From positions 248,001-312,000 of the forward strand of contig AP026149.1 of assembly GCA_030295235.1 (NCBI GenBank): a stretch of DNA of 64,000 nt. The letters run 5' to 3'. The stretch comes from Fistulifera solaris. Lineage: Eukaryota. Positions 48,286 through 59,550 of the stretch are shown here, in pieces (the first letter of the stretch is position 1; each line of letters opens with the position of its first letter). Below the pieces are notes generated by a model, which was not told the DNA's origin, searched no databases, and saw only the letters and a list, made by a program, of their open reading frames with translations. A program made the translations under genes and the position numbers.

Positions 48286-50511
48286 ATGATTTTAAAGACT
48301 GCCATCGACAACCTCTCTACTTCCGCGAAAGTTTTGGCGCTGCAGAAGTCATACTCGGAGAGTACTTGCGACATGTCGAGTGAAAGGGAATATGCAAAGA
48401 AGAAGGGCCGCGGCAACAATGTATGGTATCGGCATGTTCTCAAACCCCTTCTGTGGATCCGGCGAAGCAATCATGCAATGGAAGAAGCATTTACCCGAAG
48501 AGTTCATTCACCTGCTGGAATACCGGTCGAAGAGTTTCATGTTTCTCTCCACGATGCTTGCTCACCCGAATACTCACCATTCATTGGGCTCTTGTTTGCC
48601 CGAAACAATATGATTGAAAATCTTTACAAGTATGGAGACACGAGCGATCCTTTGACTCAACTCGTCCATCACCTGTTCCACATGCTTCCAGGCGGAGATA
48701 TTCAACCAACTCATGTGCATCGAAACGCTACGGCACATCTATCGGCGGCCATCGTGGGGGCTTTGTTGGAAGAGTGGCATCGATCACCTTCTGATCAAAA
48801 TCTAGCTGCTCGCTTCCAAAAGTGTATCGCTGAACAAAAAGACTATCAAACAGGACGAAAGGAAGCTCGCGATGTTTTGGAGAAAGCTCAGAAAACCCAG
48901 AGAGAGTTGATTCAAAAAGACGAGGCTTCAGAGCCGTACCGGGACGAAATTAAAAGAATCGAAGGTGACGTTATCAAGTACAATAAGCATCTCTTAAAAC
49001 GCATGGGACCCGATGAAAGCGAAGAAGAGAAAAAGAAGATCGAAATAATAATTGAAAAAGGCAAGCAGCAAGTGGAAGAACTACGAGGGAAGTACATTGT
49101 AACGAGCGCAGATAAGAAAGAAGCGAGGAAGGCGGTGAAACGAGCCGAGGATGCTCTAAAACAGGAACAAGAGAATTTGAAAGAATTTGCTCAGGTACTT
49201 GCTGCGTGTTTCGGTGAGTACGATGCATCCTTAAGTGACAAACCACAGTCATATATCACCACCACCGCAATTCTCCTTGCTTTCCTGTGGCGCAAATACG
49301 ATCATCTTCCCGCATTGGGTCCCTATTTTGAATCTTTGCGTCATATGGGGAAGCTGAAGATGCCCATTCAGGACATCTTATCGTTGTTAGATCGACGATA
49401 TAGCAAAAATCACGCGCTCGTTGACAACAACAAGAAGCGACGGTTTCGGGTATTTGGACGGGTTCTTCGCGGTTCTTGGCCTTCGAATAAAGTTGTCGAA
49501 GCGACATTGGTTGTCGCAGGTCCTCCTAGTGCGTTGGTTCGACCACCTGTGATACCATTCTCCTATGTAACCTGGGCTGCTTATAGTAAATTTCCAGATT
49601 GTGGCGAAACTGCGCTTCGAAACTTGATGAATCAAATCCTGTTTCGAGCTGATACGCAGATGTTTGATGCTGACCTTCTGGTTGAACTGAAGGAAACGTA
49701 CTATCCGGACATTAGCCCTCGACTCATCCATTTTTACCAACGCAATAGCTGTCCACGGAATGCTACGGATCAAGTTATTTCATTGGAATGGATAAATGTG
49801 GCATCCAAGTTGAATACGGCGTTAAACATTACACAAGGACCTAGAATTCGATACAGACGGGAAGAGCTTGAACAAAATATTGCAAGTCCACTGAGCAATC
49901 TAATGCGGGTGATGAATGCTCTTTTCGGTATCCAGCCAGTAAATGACATGGCGCAGCTTTTGCAGCTCATTAATCGCATCAATGAATTACGTCCACGACA
50001 GCGCTTGAACGTAGACTTAAAGAAGATCAAACCCGATGGCTTTGGGACCCTATCATTATCCGTGATTGACAAAACCGGCAAGATGGTCAAGTACGAATTG
50101 CACTCCTACAAGCCAGTCCATTTTGGATTCGTACAAGCTCATTCCTCATCTAGCCAGTGTTCCGATGCCGATAGGTACGAATACGATGCCTTCCGGAAGC
50201 TCATGCGTTATGCAAGAGGCGTTCATAATCCGCTCGAGTCTTCAATTGAAGATCTCGGGCTGGCGTCTTTGTATGTCCCCTATCAACTACAAAATGGTTT
50301 TGTCGGAAAATACTTTCGAAGAACCCCTATTTACTACCCGCTTCTATTTGCTAATTTAGAAGACAGTGCAGCAAAACAATGTGCTATCGAATGGGCAAAG
50401 ACCAGATACGCTGAATCGAAAAGCCCTGAATTAGCTGCTTGGATCAGTCGGATTGAAAACTATGTTGCGCCGAGCTTTGGTCCAATCAAAGATGTATCGG
50501 AGGAGGCCTAG
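48286..50511 (+). CDS. Hypothetical 741-aa protein with central coiled coil and FPDCGETALRN motif
   Basis: Uninterrupted 2.2-kb ORF with an E/K-rich coiled coil at about aa 180-300. No family assigned. Confidence 0.75.
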   Translation: MILKTAIDNLSTSAKVLALQKSYSESTCDMSSEREYAKKKGRGNNVWYRHVLKPLLWIRRSNHAMEEAFTRRVHSPAGIPVEEFHVSLHDACSPEYSPFIGLLFARNNMIENLYKYGDTSDPLTQLVHHLFHMLPGGDIQPTHVHRNATAHLSAAIVGALLEEWHRSPSDQNLAARFQKCIAEQKDYQTGRKEARDVLEKAQKTQRELIQKDEASEPYRDEIKRIEGDVIKYNKHLLKRMGPDESEEEKKKIEIIIEKGKQQVEELRGKYIVTSADKKEARKAVKRAEDALKQEQENLKEFAQVLAACFGEYDASLSDKPQSYITTTAILLAFLWRKYDHLPALGPYFESLRHMGKLKMPIQDILSLLDRRYSKNHALVDNNKKRRFRVFGRVLRGSWPSNKVVEATLVVAGPPSALVRPPVIPFSYVTWAAYSKFPDCGETALRNLMNQILFRADTQMFDADLLVELKETYYPDISPRLIHFYQRNSCPRNATDQVISLEWINVASKLNTALNITQGPRIRYRREELEQNIASPLSNLMRVMNALFGIQPVNDMAQLLQLINRINELRPRQRLNVDLKKIKPDGFGTLSLSVIDKTGKMVKYELHSYKPVHFGFVQAHSSSSQCSDADRYEYDAFRKLMRYARGVHNPLESSIEDLGLASLYVPYQLQNGFVGKYFRRTPIYYPLLFANLEDSAAKQCAIEWAKTRYAESKSPELAAWISRIENYVAPSFGPIKDVSEEA

Positions 50512-50637
50512 ACCTAAAGATGAAAATTAATTGGTTTATGACATAAGATACATAATAGTAATTTGTGCGGTACGTGACCCTCGACTGTTTCATGTTTGCT
50601 TGTGCACAAATCCATCGCCGTGTATATATAATCAGAT

Positions 50638-51600
50638 TCAATCAATGCCGACATTTCGTTTGTGAACTGCAGAAACCGTTCCCTCAAACGAATCCTGCCT
50701 TTCTCCATTCTCGATTAAATCTATCGCCATTCCCATTTCGGCATCCGGTAGGGCCACTAGTTTCTCTAAAAAGTCTCTCAACACCGCATCTCGCAACAGA
50801 CCCAAATGTCCAATTTTGGGGACAATTTCGAGATGACAATTTTGCAACCGCGAATGAACATGTCTCGATATATCCACCGGTAAAACAGAATCATTCTCGC
50901 CCACATAAATCAAAACAGGATGATGGATATCTCGTTCGATGAAAAAATCGTAAGGTGAAGTGTCCATTCGATAGTCATTCCGGACTCCACGGAAATTATT
51001 GCGTGCCAGTGGCAGACACCACAAACAGTACTGCAATATCCAAGGCAAGGCCTTCCCGATGCAACATGCGTTAAACCACTTTTTGTTCGGTGCCGTGGCG
51101 TGTGCGTATTCGGGATCCGACGACAAAAGCCCTACTGAGAGAACGCGTCCCGGCAAGTGCGCCGCGCATCCCAGTGCCAACGGTCCTCCACTGGAATGTC
51201 CCATGATATGAAATTTCTTTACTTGCAGATGATCAGCTAATTGTTGCATGTCATGAGCGAACGATCGATGATCGTACGTCCTTGTGAAATTTCGCACCGG
51301 GCAATCCGAACCTTCATAACCCGGCCTATTAATGCAAACGAGTATACAATCTGTTGGTGGCTCCGTCATAAGAAACGAATTTCCCGTAAGAAACATGGCG
51401 TGTAAGGCAAAAACGTAAGGAAGTGTTGGGTCTTTGGGTCCGTCTAAGAAATACGAAAGGGAACGTCCATCTTCCAGAATCAACGTTTCTCGTTGCAAAG
51501 CCGGATCCCACACGCCCTTGACCCGACGCTGCGTTTGCCATTCTTCCCTCCAACGCGAAATAGGTATATGTAGATCAATGAAGACGGATCCTAAGACCAT
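50638..51600 (-). CDS. Alpha/beta-fold hydrolase
   Basis: INRPGYEGSD, nucleophile elbow GHSSGG, GEND, GH catalytic His. Confidence 0.88.
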   Translation of the reverse strand: MVLGSVFIDLHIPISRWREEWQTQRRVKGVWDPALQRETLILEDGRSLSYFLDGPKDPTLPYVFALHAMFLTGNSFLMTEPPTDCILVCINRPGYEGSDCPVRNFTRTYDHRSFAHDMQQLADHLQVKKFHIMGHSSGGPLALGCAAHLPGRVLSVGLLSSDPEYAHATAPNKKWFNACCIGKALPWILQYCLWCLPLARNNFRGVRNDYRMDTSPYDFFIERDIHHPVLIYVGENDSVLPVDISRHVHSRLQNCHLEIVPKIGHLGLLRDAVLRDFLEKLVALPDAEMGMAIDLIENGERQDSFEGTVSAVHKRNVGID

Positions 51601-51962
51601 GTTTCATTGATTATTTCATTCAGAATGTTGATTCATAGTTTATTCATGATGTCAAAGAACGAGAATTTTGTTCGAAAAAAAAAGCGATCTTGCATTCGAG
51701 TAACAGTCGTAGTCGTCACGGTACTTGTTGGTCGGTAGTCGACGGTTCGGATCAAAAAGTCAAAAAGTGTATACACCGTCCGTCGTCGTACGTCATTCCG
51801 CCGCTCGATGTCGTCTGTGCGTCACACAGTTTAGGCCTACGCGGGACGGCGGACTGGTTGTCGTCATCCGTCATTCTTCTCGTTTTGGCCTCATCACAAG
51901 AAACGTTTTGTTGCATCGTAACTCGAACCATCCCATTTGCCAAACCCATTTGTCTATCCATC

Positions 51963-52650
51963 ATGTCGGAGCTTAAAGAATACACATTAGAAGAAATTGT
52001 CAAGCACAATACTCAAGAGGATTGTTGGTTGATTATTGGAAATGCTAGCAACGGTGAGTCGACGCCGTTGTGTATTACGCAGTACAACTTTTACCCTTTG
52101 GTCTGCGAGCGATAAACAAACTTTGTTGAATGTCATTCCGTGTTTCCACCTGTTGATATTCACTTTTGTTGAGGAACGACTTGCAGAAGAAAATTCCTGA
52201 TTCGCTTTTTTTTGAATGAAAAGAAGTAATTTGCGTCCAGTGTATTGGAATGCCTCTCACCCTAGCATCGACGTCTCCTTCCCTTATCTCCGATAATCTC
52301 GTTGGAATTACCTTATAATAGGAGGCCCCAAAGTATACGATGTAACCAAGTACTTGGATGATCATCCCGGGGGTGCCGAAGTACTACTGGATGTTGCCGG
52401 ACAAGATGCTGATGAATTCTTTGAGGACATTGGGCACTCCAAGGAAGCGCGAAAAGAACTGTCAAAGTACTTGATCGGAAATTTCAAGTTGGATGCGGCC
52501 GCTTTGGAAAAGATGAAAGCTGCTGCGGAAAAGAGAAGTAAGAATGAAGGTGGCATGGTCAGCACGCTTCTCGTGGCTCTCATCGCTATTGTGGGGGTGG
52601 CCGTCGCGTACTACAAAACGCAACAGTCGGCTGGTGCCGAAGAAAAATAA
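51963..52650 (+). CDS. Cytochrome b5 (tail-anchored)
   Basis: [29 protein letters not shown]...FEDIGHS; C-terminal TM; intron about 52054-52321. Confidence 0.93.
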
Positions 52651-52712
52651 AGAAATGCTCTAATACAGTATTATAGCGTACAATGTATTTCAATATGGGG
52701 ACTATATCCCAT

Positions 52713-54982
52713 TTAGGGAAGACTGACGTCTAAAAATCGAGACAATGGAGGAAAGATGTTCGTGTTCGGATCAGCTTCGTAGTCAAAGGTCAACTCGGGA
52801 CGTAACAAAACCGGATCGAGTAGCAAATGACCCGATAGGGTGTAGACAAGAGTCACGCTGCGCATGTTTGGCAGATGGAGTGTTACTGACAAAATGGAGC
52901 CATCTTGCGCTACTGAAAGGTCTTCGCAACTTCCAGCCAAGGACGTGACACGTTCAAAGAATAGATCGAAACGGTGCAGGACCTGCGCCACTCGAAACAC
53001 AGCAAACGGCAGAGAAAGAGCAGAAAGATCGGATTCAAGTTCTGCGCAAGTTGCAGACAACACTACATCGACCATGGTGATGACACCGTCATTCTTGAGG
53101 TTAATGCAGCTATCAACGTAGCCGCTTGGTTTAATAGAAAAACTCTCCCCTCGGAAGTCAGCTGTTAACAGAAGGCGAACATGCTCAATAGCGCTACAAA
53201 ACTGAAGTATGATCTCATTCCCCGAACTATCCATCAGTTGGAAAGGGCTGATGTAGTTTTGAACGTAATATGTCAACGGCGATCTTGCCTTACACGAGAG
53301 TTGCTTTTTCAGACTTTGGCTACGTAAAGTCTCTCTCGTAATTTGAGCAGCAAGTAGCTGTTCTTCCAGTGACTTTATTAGTTTCCCTCTTTCAGCGATA
53401 ATCTGCACGAGGTGTCGTTGGGATGCTTTCTCTAAGCGAAGAATTGCTTTGTCCACGCGTTTCGTTTGTGCATTGATTCGAGTGAGAAGCTCATCGAAGT
53501 TAATGGATTCAAGCGCATGTGTGAAAGCTGACACAAATTGCATATTGGCTCTTGCAGTGATCATCGCACTCAATATCGTATTCGATTTTAATTGGTACTG
53601 GACACTCTTTGTTTGCAGGATGGATAAGTGAGGGTCAACAATGCTTTGGAGGGTAAGATCAAGGCACTCTTCAATCTTTGCATGGCATGTGGCGTCGCTC
53701 GATGCAATTATGTCACTTGCAAATACATTCACTATTGATTGATAAGATTGAACGCAATCTTGTGTGTCGTCCACTCTAATACTCATGGCAAGATTTGTAA
53801 ACAATTGGGCTGCTGTCGAGCTTAGGGCAACGAGAATATCGTCGCCGATGCTGGAATTCGCCATCGGTTGATCCTGAAAAAGAAGGCAATAAGATAATAA
53901 ACATCTGACGACTGAAGGATCGCTCACTTTGTTTCATGCAACGTACCACATCCACGTCAAGCGTCTTACCTACGTCCATTTCAACACTAGCAACATCATG
54001 CGTTTCGGCGTCATCCGTCAATACTTTTCTTTCATAATTGATAGCACACGCGTCCATCTCACAAAAGGGTATAAATCTGCCACTCTCACGTCGCGAGCGT
54101 CGAATCCGCTCAGACGGAGATTGAAACGCCAAATCATCGACACAATCATCGTCTCCAGCATCAAAAAAGTCCCATTCGGCTAGAGTGGCGCTATTTTCTT
54201 TGGTCATAGCAATCAATTCTGCCGTGTCGGTGTCAAGTTCCTTGAATTCGGTGGGATATCGCTCAGCTGCTTTAGTGGGGGGCATAGGCGTCAAGGACCC
54301 TTGCGGTGGATCATCCTTTTCGAACTCGGCAGCAGAAGCCGAACCAAACTTGACACACCGAACGGATTTTTCCAATGGCGTGTTTGCTTCATCGTATCTA
54401 TCGGAAAGTACGCTTGCTGCAACCGAATGTGGGGTCCTATTCGAATTCGATCTTTCTTCTTGACAGAAGACAAGCTGTGCACACAATATTAGTACCAACA
54501 CAAGGAAAAAAGCCTACACAATTTGTCGACACGTACCAGCTTTTGCTTGGAGCCGATCTTGGTATGATAGTTCGTATGTGAGTTGTGTCATCCCCGTACA
54601 ACATCTTCCACCACTCCTTCGGTTGATCTTCAGGCTTCAGCTCCTTTACAGCATCGTACTGCGATAAAATGCTGACATGCTTATATGAGCCTGGAAAAAT
54701 AGGTGGAAATAATGAATGACGAGAAGTAGATCTCATGGTTGCTTCGGCGTCATCACAGGTTGTACCTAGCGATAACCGTCTTCTTGTCGTTAAAAGACGA
54801 GCTTCACGAGAGTTGGGCTGCGAGACAGGGATCTGACTCTCTGTTTTGTGGAGCAGCTCTTCGACAAATAAATTCGTGTTTTCGGAACCGTCAAAGGATA
54901 GGTCATGTCGGCCGACCGAGTATGTGACAGGGAAGGGCAAAGGCGCGCCTCCTTTCGGTGGACTCATCATTGTATGCACCAT
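52713..54982 (-). CDS. Hypothetical protein, possibly a KNL1/Spc105-like kinetochore scaffold
   Basis: Three consecutive minus-strand ORFs with an intron (about 54475-54536) and frameshifts. Disordered N-terminus with SCLS and RCVKF motifs, coiled coil, globular C-terminus. Confidence 0.4.
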
Positions 54983-55708
54983 CGCCTCAAAACTGTATAG
55001 AATCGTTGTCGATTGAGAGGTAGTTAATATCAATAGTGATTCCCAAAAGGCTACTTAGGAAGAGCTAATGTTTCTTATTAGTAAGTGAAAAGAGCAAAGC
55101 AAAAATGAAAACTATCGACGGGCGTCGAAGTCGAGGGTCCAACCAAGCTGGCTTTTTTCTTGGTCGATTGAGGCGACTAGAACCGAACAATCCCAACGGA
55201 AACACCAACGGATTCAGAAACGTTCATTCCTCATAAATGTAATGTACACCTGCCAGCCGTTGACACTGCCTCGCAGGAAATCTAGTACAAAACAAAGAAT
55301 AGTCTTGGATTTTGAAATCCAACGGGACATTCTTGCGGATCTTGCGTCTTGATCTCACTTTTTTATTCTTCGTAGTACTGCAGATCGTCGATGACGGTTT
55401 TCTCACGAGAACCTCGGATTTGGCACTTTTGTCGTTTCTATCTATCTATTCAGTTTCGTCGCTTATTTGTAAAGTTACGCATTAAAAACTTTTTCATTGA
55501 ACAAAAAAGTATGTTTGAGGAAAGGATTCTTCATGCGTAAAGGCGGACCTCGAAGAACAACAAGTGTTTAGTGCAGTAGCAAGCTGTTTTCGCAAAAAAA
55601 GCCATAGACAAACACTTGTAAACAGAATTGGCAAAAGCAGAACCAGTTGTTTTGATCTACGAGCTGGATTATTTAGGTTTGTAGTTCTCTTAATGATGCC
55701 GCTTACTG

Positions 55709-57349
55709 TTAATGAACTTGTTCCTGATTGTTCGCCTCTGCGGCAGCTGCTTCCTCGCGCTTCAAAGCAGCTTTGGCCTTCTCAACGTGGCTCAAGCGAC
55801 CTCGTTTGTTCGATTGCAACTCATCCTCTGGCTCCATGTACAAGCTTTCCGCAAACGAAATTCCCGACTTGACGCAGCGGATATACACGCGTACAATAGC
55901 TTGGTTGTTCAATGACTCCGGTCGCTTCTGCAATGTGACGAGGCGTTTCTTGGCGTTCTGTAAATGAGTTTTATAGAAGCATCGGATACGGTCCCGCAGT
56001 TTCTTTTCGGTGAAGGAAGGATCAAACTTAATACCGGCATCTTCGGCTGCCGTGCGAACCTCGTCAACTAGCATCTTATTGAATGACTGCTGCATCCTGG
56101 ATTGACGCTGCACGGTGGAGATTCCGTAATACTCTGCCATATGTTTGTAAAGAACAGTCTCACAGGCAGGAAACTCTTTCCAGTAGAAACCGTCTTCAAT
56201 GACAGTTTTCTGAGGGCCTGCTTCCACAGGTGTAATGACATCTTCTAAACCATCTCCGCTCTCATCACCCATATTGCGCTGAAGAGCCATGTGCAAGATA
56301 ACTTGACGCTGTAAATCGCGATCGCGAGCTATTTCAGCAAACGGGTTAGTGTCGTCGTCATCAAATTCCATTTCATCAGCGGCGCGCTTCCTTCCATGGA
56401 ACTTGTCGACCAATCGCACTGGCCGATGAGACGCAGGCGTTTCAGATTCATCAAAGATTTTTTGCCCGGTACTTAGGCAAATGATATTGGGATTAGCATT
56501 CTCCCGGCCATCTCTTGCGTTGACCTTCTTCATTGCGGATTTTTGCGCTAGTACCTCGGCTTTTGATATTAAACCAAAGAATATAAGAAACGTCGACGAA
56601 TTCATCACGAATACGCCATTGCAGCACTTACCAGCTCCCAAGAAACGCTCAAAGCACATAGTTACAGGACTCTTGAGGGTTTGCTGAAACTTTTCTTCCA
56701 GGGAAGTGGCAGCCTTCACGGTGCTTGCAGGGGTAGCTCGTTCTTCTTTATCAGTGACAGTTACAATCTGAGTGACAGGCTCCGACGTCGCTGTTTTGTC
56801 CGCCGACTGGATGCCAGTTTGTTCTGAATCCGGCTCCTTTTGTACATTAGTCTTGGTGATAGGAGCTACTTCGGGCACTTTCTCACGATTTGACATGTCA
56901 GAAAAGTTGATTATTCTCGGCTCTTCGTGTCTAGAACTTTCTAACGATTTGCCTTCATAATGTGCGTTCTTCCAGCTTGTTACACTGCTGTAGTTTCCAG
57001 GAATAGGAGCATGCATCATAGGAGGATAACTGGCGCGGTGGCGGTGAGCGTACTGCTCGCTAGGATCTCTCCGATCGGACGTATACATCGGGCGGTCCAA
57101 CGGAGGAAGAGCTGATCGAACAATATCATCTGGCCGAGGCAGAGAATGCGGCATGTGGTAAGGGTGAGGAATCGGATGGTTTCGAGCGCCAGGACGGTGC
57201 ACATGATTCGTAGGATGATGGTGGAGATGAGGCTGCCACATCGAAGGCATCTGGGGGTGCTGAGAGTGATGGGGCGGAGCGTAATAGCGCGCTCTGCTTG
57301 GCGAGTAAGAATGCCGACTATGGGGATTAGTGGGAACAGGATGCGACAT
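55709..57349 (-). CDS. Hypothetical nuclear protein with His/Pro-rich N-terminus and helical C-terminal domain
   Basis: Long ORF that probably includes an in-frame intron near 56555-56631; NLS-like GRKR; domain FYWKEFPACE...LRDRIRCFYKTHLQNAKKRL. Confidence 0.75.
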   Translation of the reverse strand: MSHPVPTNPHSRHSYSPSRARYYAPPHHSQHPQMPSMWQPHLHHHPTNHVHRPGARNHPIPHPYHMPHSLPRPDDIVRSALPPLDRPMYTSDRRDPSEQYAHRHRASYPPMMHAPIPGNYSSVTSWKNAHYEGKSLESSRHEEPRIINFSDMSNREKVPEVAPITKTNVQKEPDSEQTGIQSADKTATSEPVTQIVTVTDKEERATPASTVKAATSLEEKFQQTLKSPVTMCFERFLGAGKCCNGVFVMNSSTFLIFFGLISKAEVLAQKSAMKKVNARDGRENANPNIICLSTGQKIFDESETPASHRPVRLVDKFHGRKRAADEMEFDDDDTNPFAEIARDRDLQRQVILHMALQRNMGDESGDGLEDVITPVEAGPQKTVIEDGFYWKEFPACETVLYKHMAEYYGISTVQRQSRMQQSFNKMLVDEVRTAAEDAGIKFDPSFTEKKLRDRIRCFYKTHLQNAKKRLVTLQKRPESLNNQAIVRVYIRCVKSGISFAESLYMEPEDELQSNKRGRLSHVEKAKAALKREEAAAAEANNQEQVH

Positions 57350-58133
57350 TTCTGGTCAGGACCTTTTAAGGTATAAAGGATAATATGCACTGAATAGGGG
57401 CAGGTAATCTTGCAAATGAAAGAGACGAGAATGTGCTCCGATGGGGAAGAAACGGTCCTTCACGTTAATTTCTGCCACCTTCAAAACGGAATCAGTCGGT
57501 TGCAAGTGGCATGCGCGTTATGAAATCTATATAAATGTAGACGTATATGTGTTTGCACTATAGGAAACCGATGGGCAGTGTCCCCTAAGTCGGCACTGAT
57601 CATCTTTTACCGGCTGTCAGATCGGCAAAGAAAATCAATTTACTTAAAGAACCTGGCCTGCGAGGAGTACTACAGAGATTTTCCTTTGAAATTTAGATAA
57701 AGGAGATCGTCAAGTACTCACCGCCTTTGAAGATGGAATTATATTCAGTAATGTATAAAATTCTACTCTTGTTTGGATGGAGTTTTGTTTTGCTTGGAAT
57801 CAGTTATGGACTCGGCCGGCGTCCATGACGACATCAGACAAAATCCATTATTTTAACTCAGCCCCTACTGGTACCGGTTGTCATATAAATTTTGAACTTG
57901 AATTGGCTATAGATCGCGTTCAGCGCTACGATTACGTCATGTACACGAAGAACTAGTGTAAATTTGTACACAAAGGCAAATCGGACTTGACACGATGTCC
58001 AATCTCGACACCTCGCTGTTGTTGGCGATTGAATTTGATACTTTCGTCATCTCTCTCTCGAGTTGTTTACAAAGACCTCAATTCACGCCATTGCTGCAGT
58101 ATTCAATAACTTCTGCGTTTTTTGAGAGTGAAA

Positions 58134-59360
58134 ATGAGATTTAGTATTCTCGCCGTAGCAACCCTCGTAGCGGTAGAGGCGTTTGCACCTCATCCTGTGC
58201 TAAAGTCTGTTTCGTCGACCCAGCTGGAGATGAATAACAACAAGTGGCTAGGTCCGGTGGCTGTTTCGATTGCTTCGCTAACATTAGCGGGTCAAATTGC
58301 GTCTGCCACGATGCCGTCAACTTTTGCGAAGTACTATGAAGGTAGGTTTAATTAAAAAAAACTGAGAAAGGGTGTCATTCTTATCACTTCGAATCTTGAG
58401 AGGAACAACAAAACTAACTACTTATTCGTTGTCTACGTTTACAGAAACTTCTTCCCCATTAGAGGTACCTACTACAGTTACCGCAGCAATTGACACCATG
58501 GATTTTTCCATGCCCTCGTATGACGAGGCGTCTAAGGGAGACGTCAAGAACAAAGGTGGAGCCCCCGCTTTCAATCCGTTCGGAGATTTCACGCCATCAA
58601 TCGTTGACAACGGAGCTGATTCGGCGGACAAAGAGGCTGCCGCTGCGAGAAAAGCTGAAGAGAAGGAAGCTGCTGCAGCCAAAAGGCCGAGGCTGCTGCG
58701 AAAAAGGCTGAGGAAAAGGCAGCGAAGGAAGCTGCCAAGGAAGCACGCCGTCTCGAACAAGCAGAGCTGCAACGGGCCGCACAAGAGCGCGCCCAGCAAG
58801 CAGACGAGGGATCGCCTGCTAAATTCGTCGCCCCAGATCTGTCAGACATTAAGGCCCCTGATTTGAAAATGCCTGATATTTCTAGTTTCAAAGCTCCCGA
58901 CATCAAAATGCCAGACATGTCCAGTTTCAAAGCTCCGGAAATGCCAGATATGTCTAGCTTCAAAGCCCCCGAGATGCCCGATGTTAAAGTACCTGATTTT
59001 GCTGGAAAGTTGAATATTCCCGATCTACCAGAAAATTTTCCGAAAATTGATGCTTCTTCGCTGCCAAAGTTTGATACAAGCAATTTGCCGAAAGTTTCAA
59101 TCCCCGGGTTTGACAGTCAACCGATTGACCTTGACAGCCTAGAGCCTCAAGAGGTTCGAGATCAACGCGCTAGGGAAGCTCGAGAGATCTATTTGGAGGC
59201 AGATGAGGAGGCAAAGGCGGCCGAACAAGTTGCGCGTCAAGTTCGCGGCACAGCGAACGAAAAGCTCAAGCTAGCAAGGGAAGCCAAAGATTTGGCCTGT
59301 GAAACCCGACCGGGTGGAAAATTGATTTGTCTCCGAAATCCTTTTACAGTCGGATATTAA
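58134..59360 (+). CDS. Plastid-targeted repeat-containing protein of unknown function
   Basis: MRFSILAVATLVAVEA-FAP presequence; intron about 58342-58445; frameshift near 58683; Ala/Lys/Glu-rich helix; PDMSSFKAPEM repeats. Confidence 0.75.
58870..58990 (+). repeat. Coding tandem repeat (33-39 bp units, PD[I/M]SSFKAP)
   Basis: Three near-identical units with synonymous variation: cctgatatttctagtttcaaagctccc / ccagacatgtccagtttcaaagctccg / ccagatatgtctagcttcaaagccccc. Confidence 0.85.
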
Positions 59361-59550
59361 AGAATGTGACAAAGTTGTTAGCTTCTCAATACAAAATACA
59401 CAATGAAAATGATATCAGCTAAATGAAGTAGCGCTTCTTATCCCGTCATCGAGAGCTCAACATAAAGTAGTCAACTGAACATGATATGATTTCAGTTATT
59501 ATCATACTAAAAGGCTTCCTTGGTTCGGCATAGCTCTTAGCATTAGCGGG

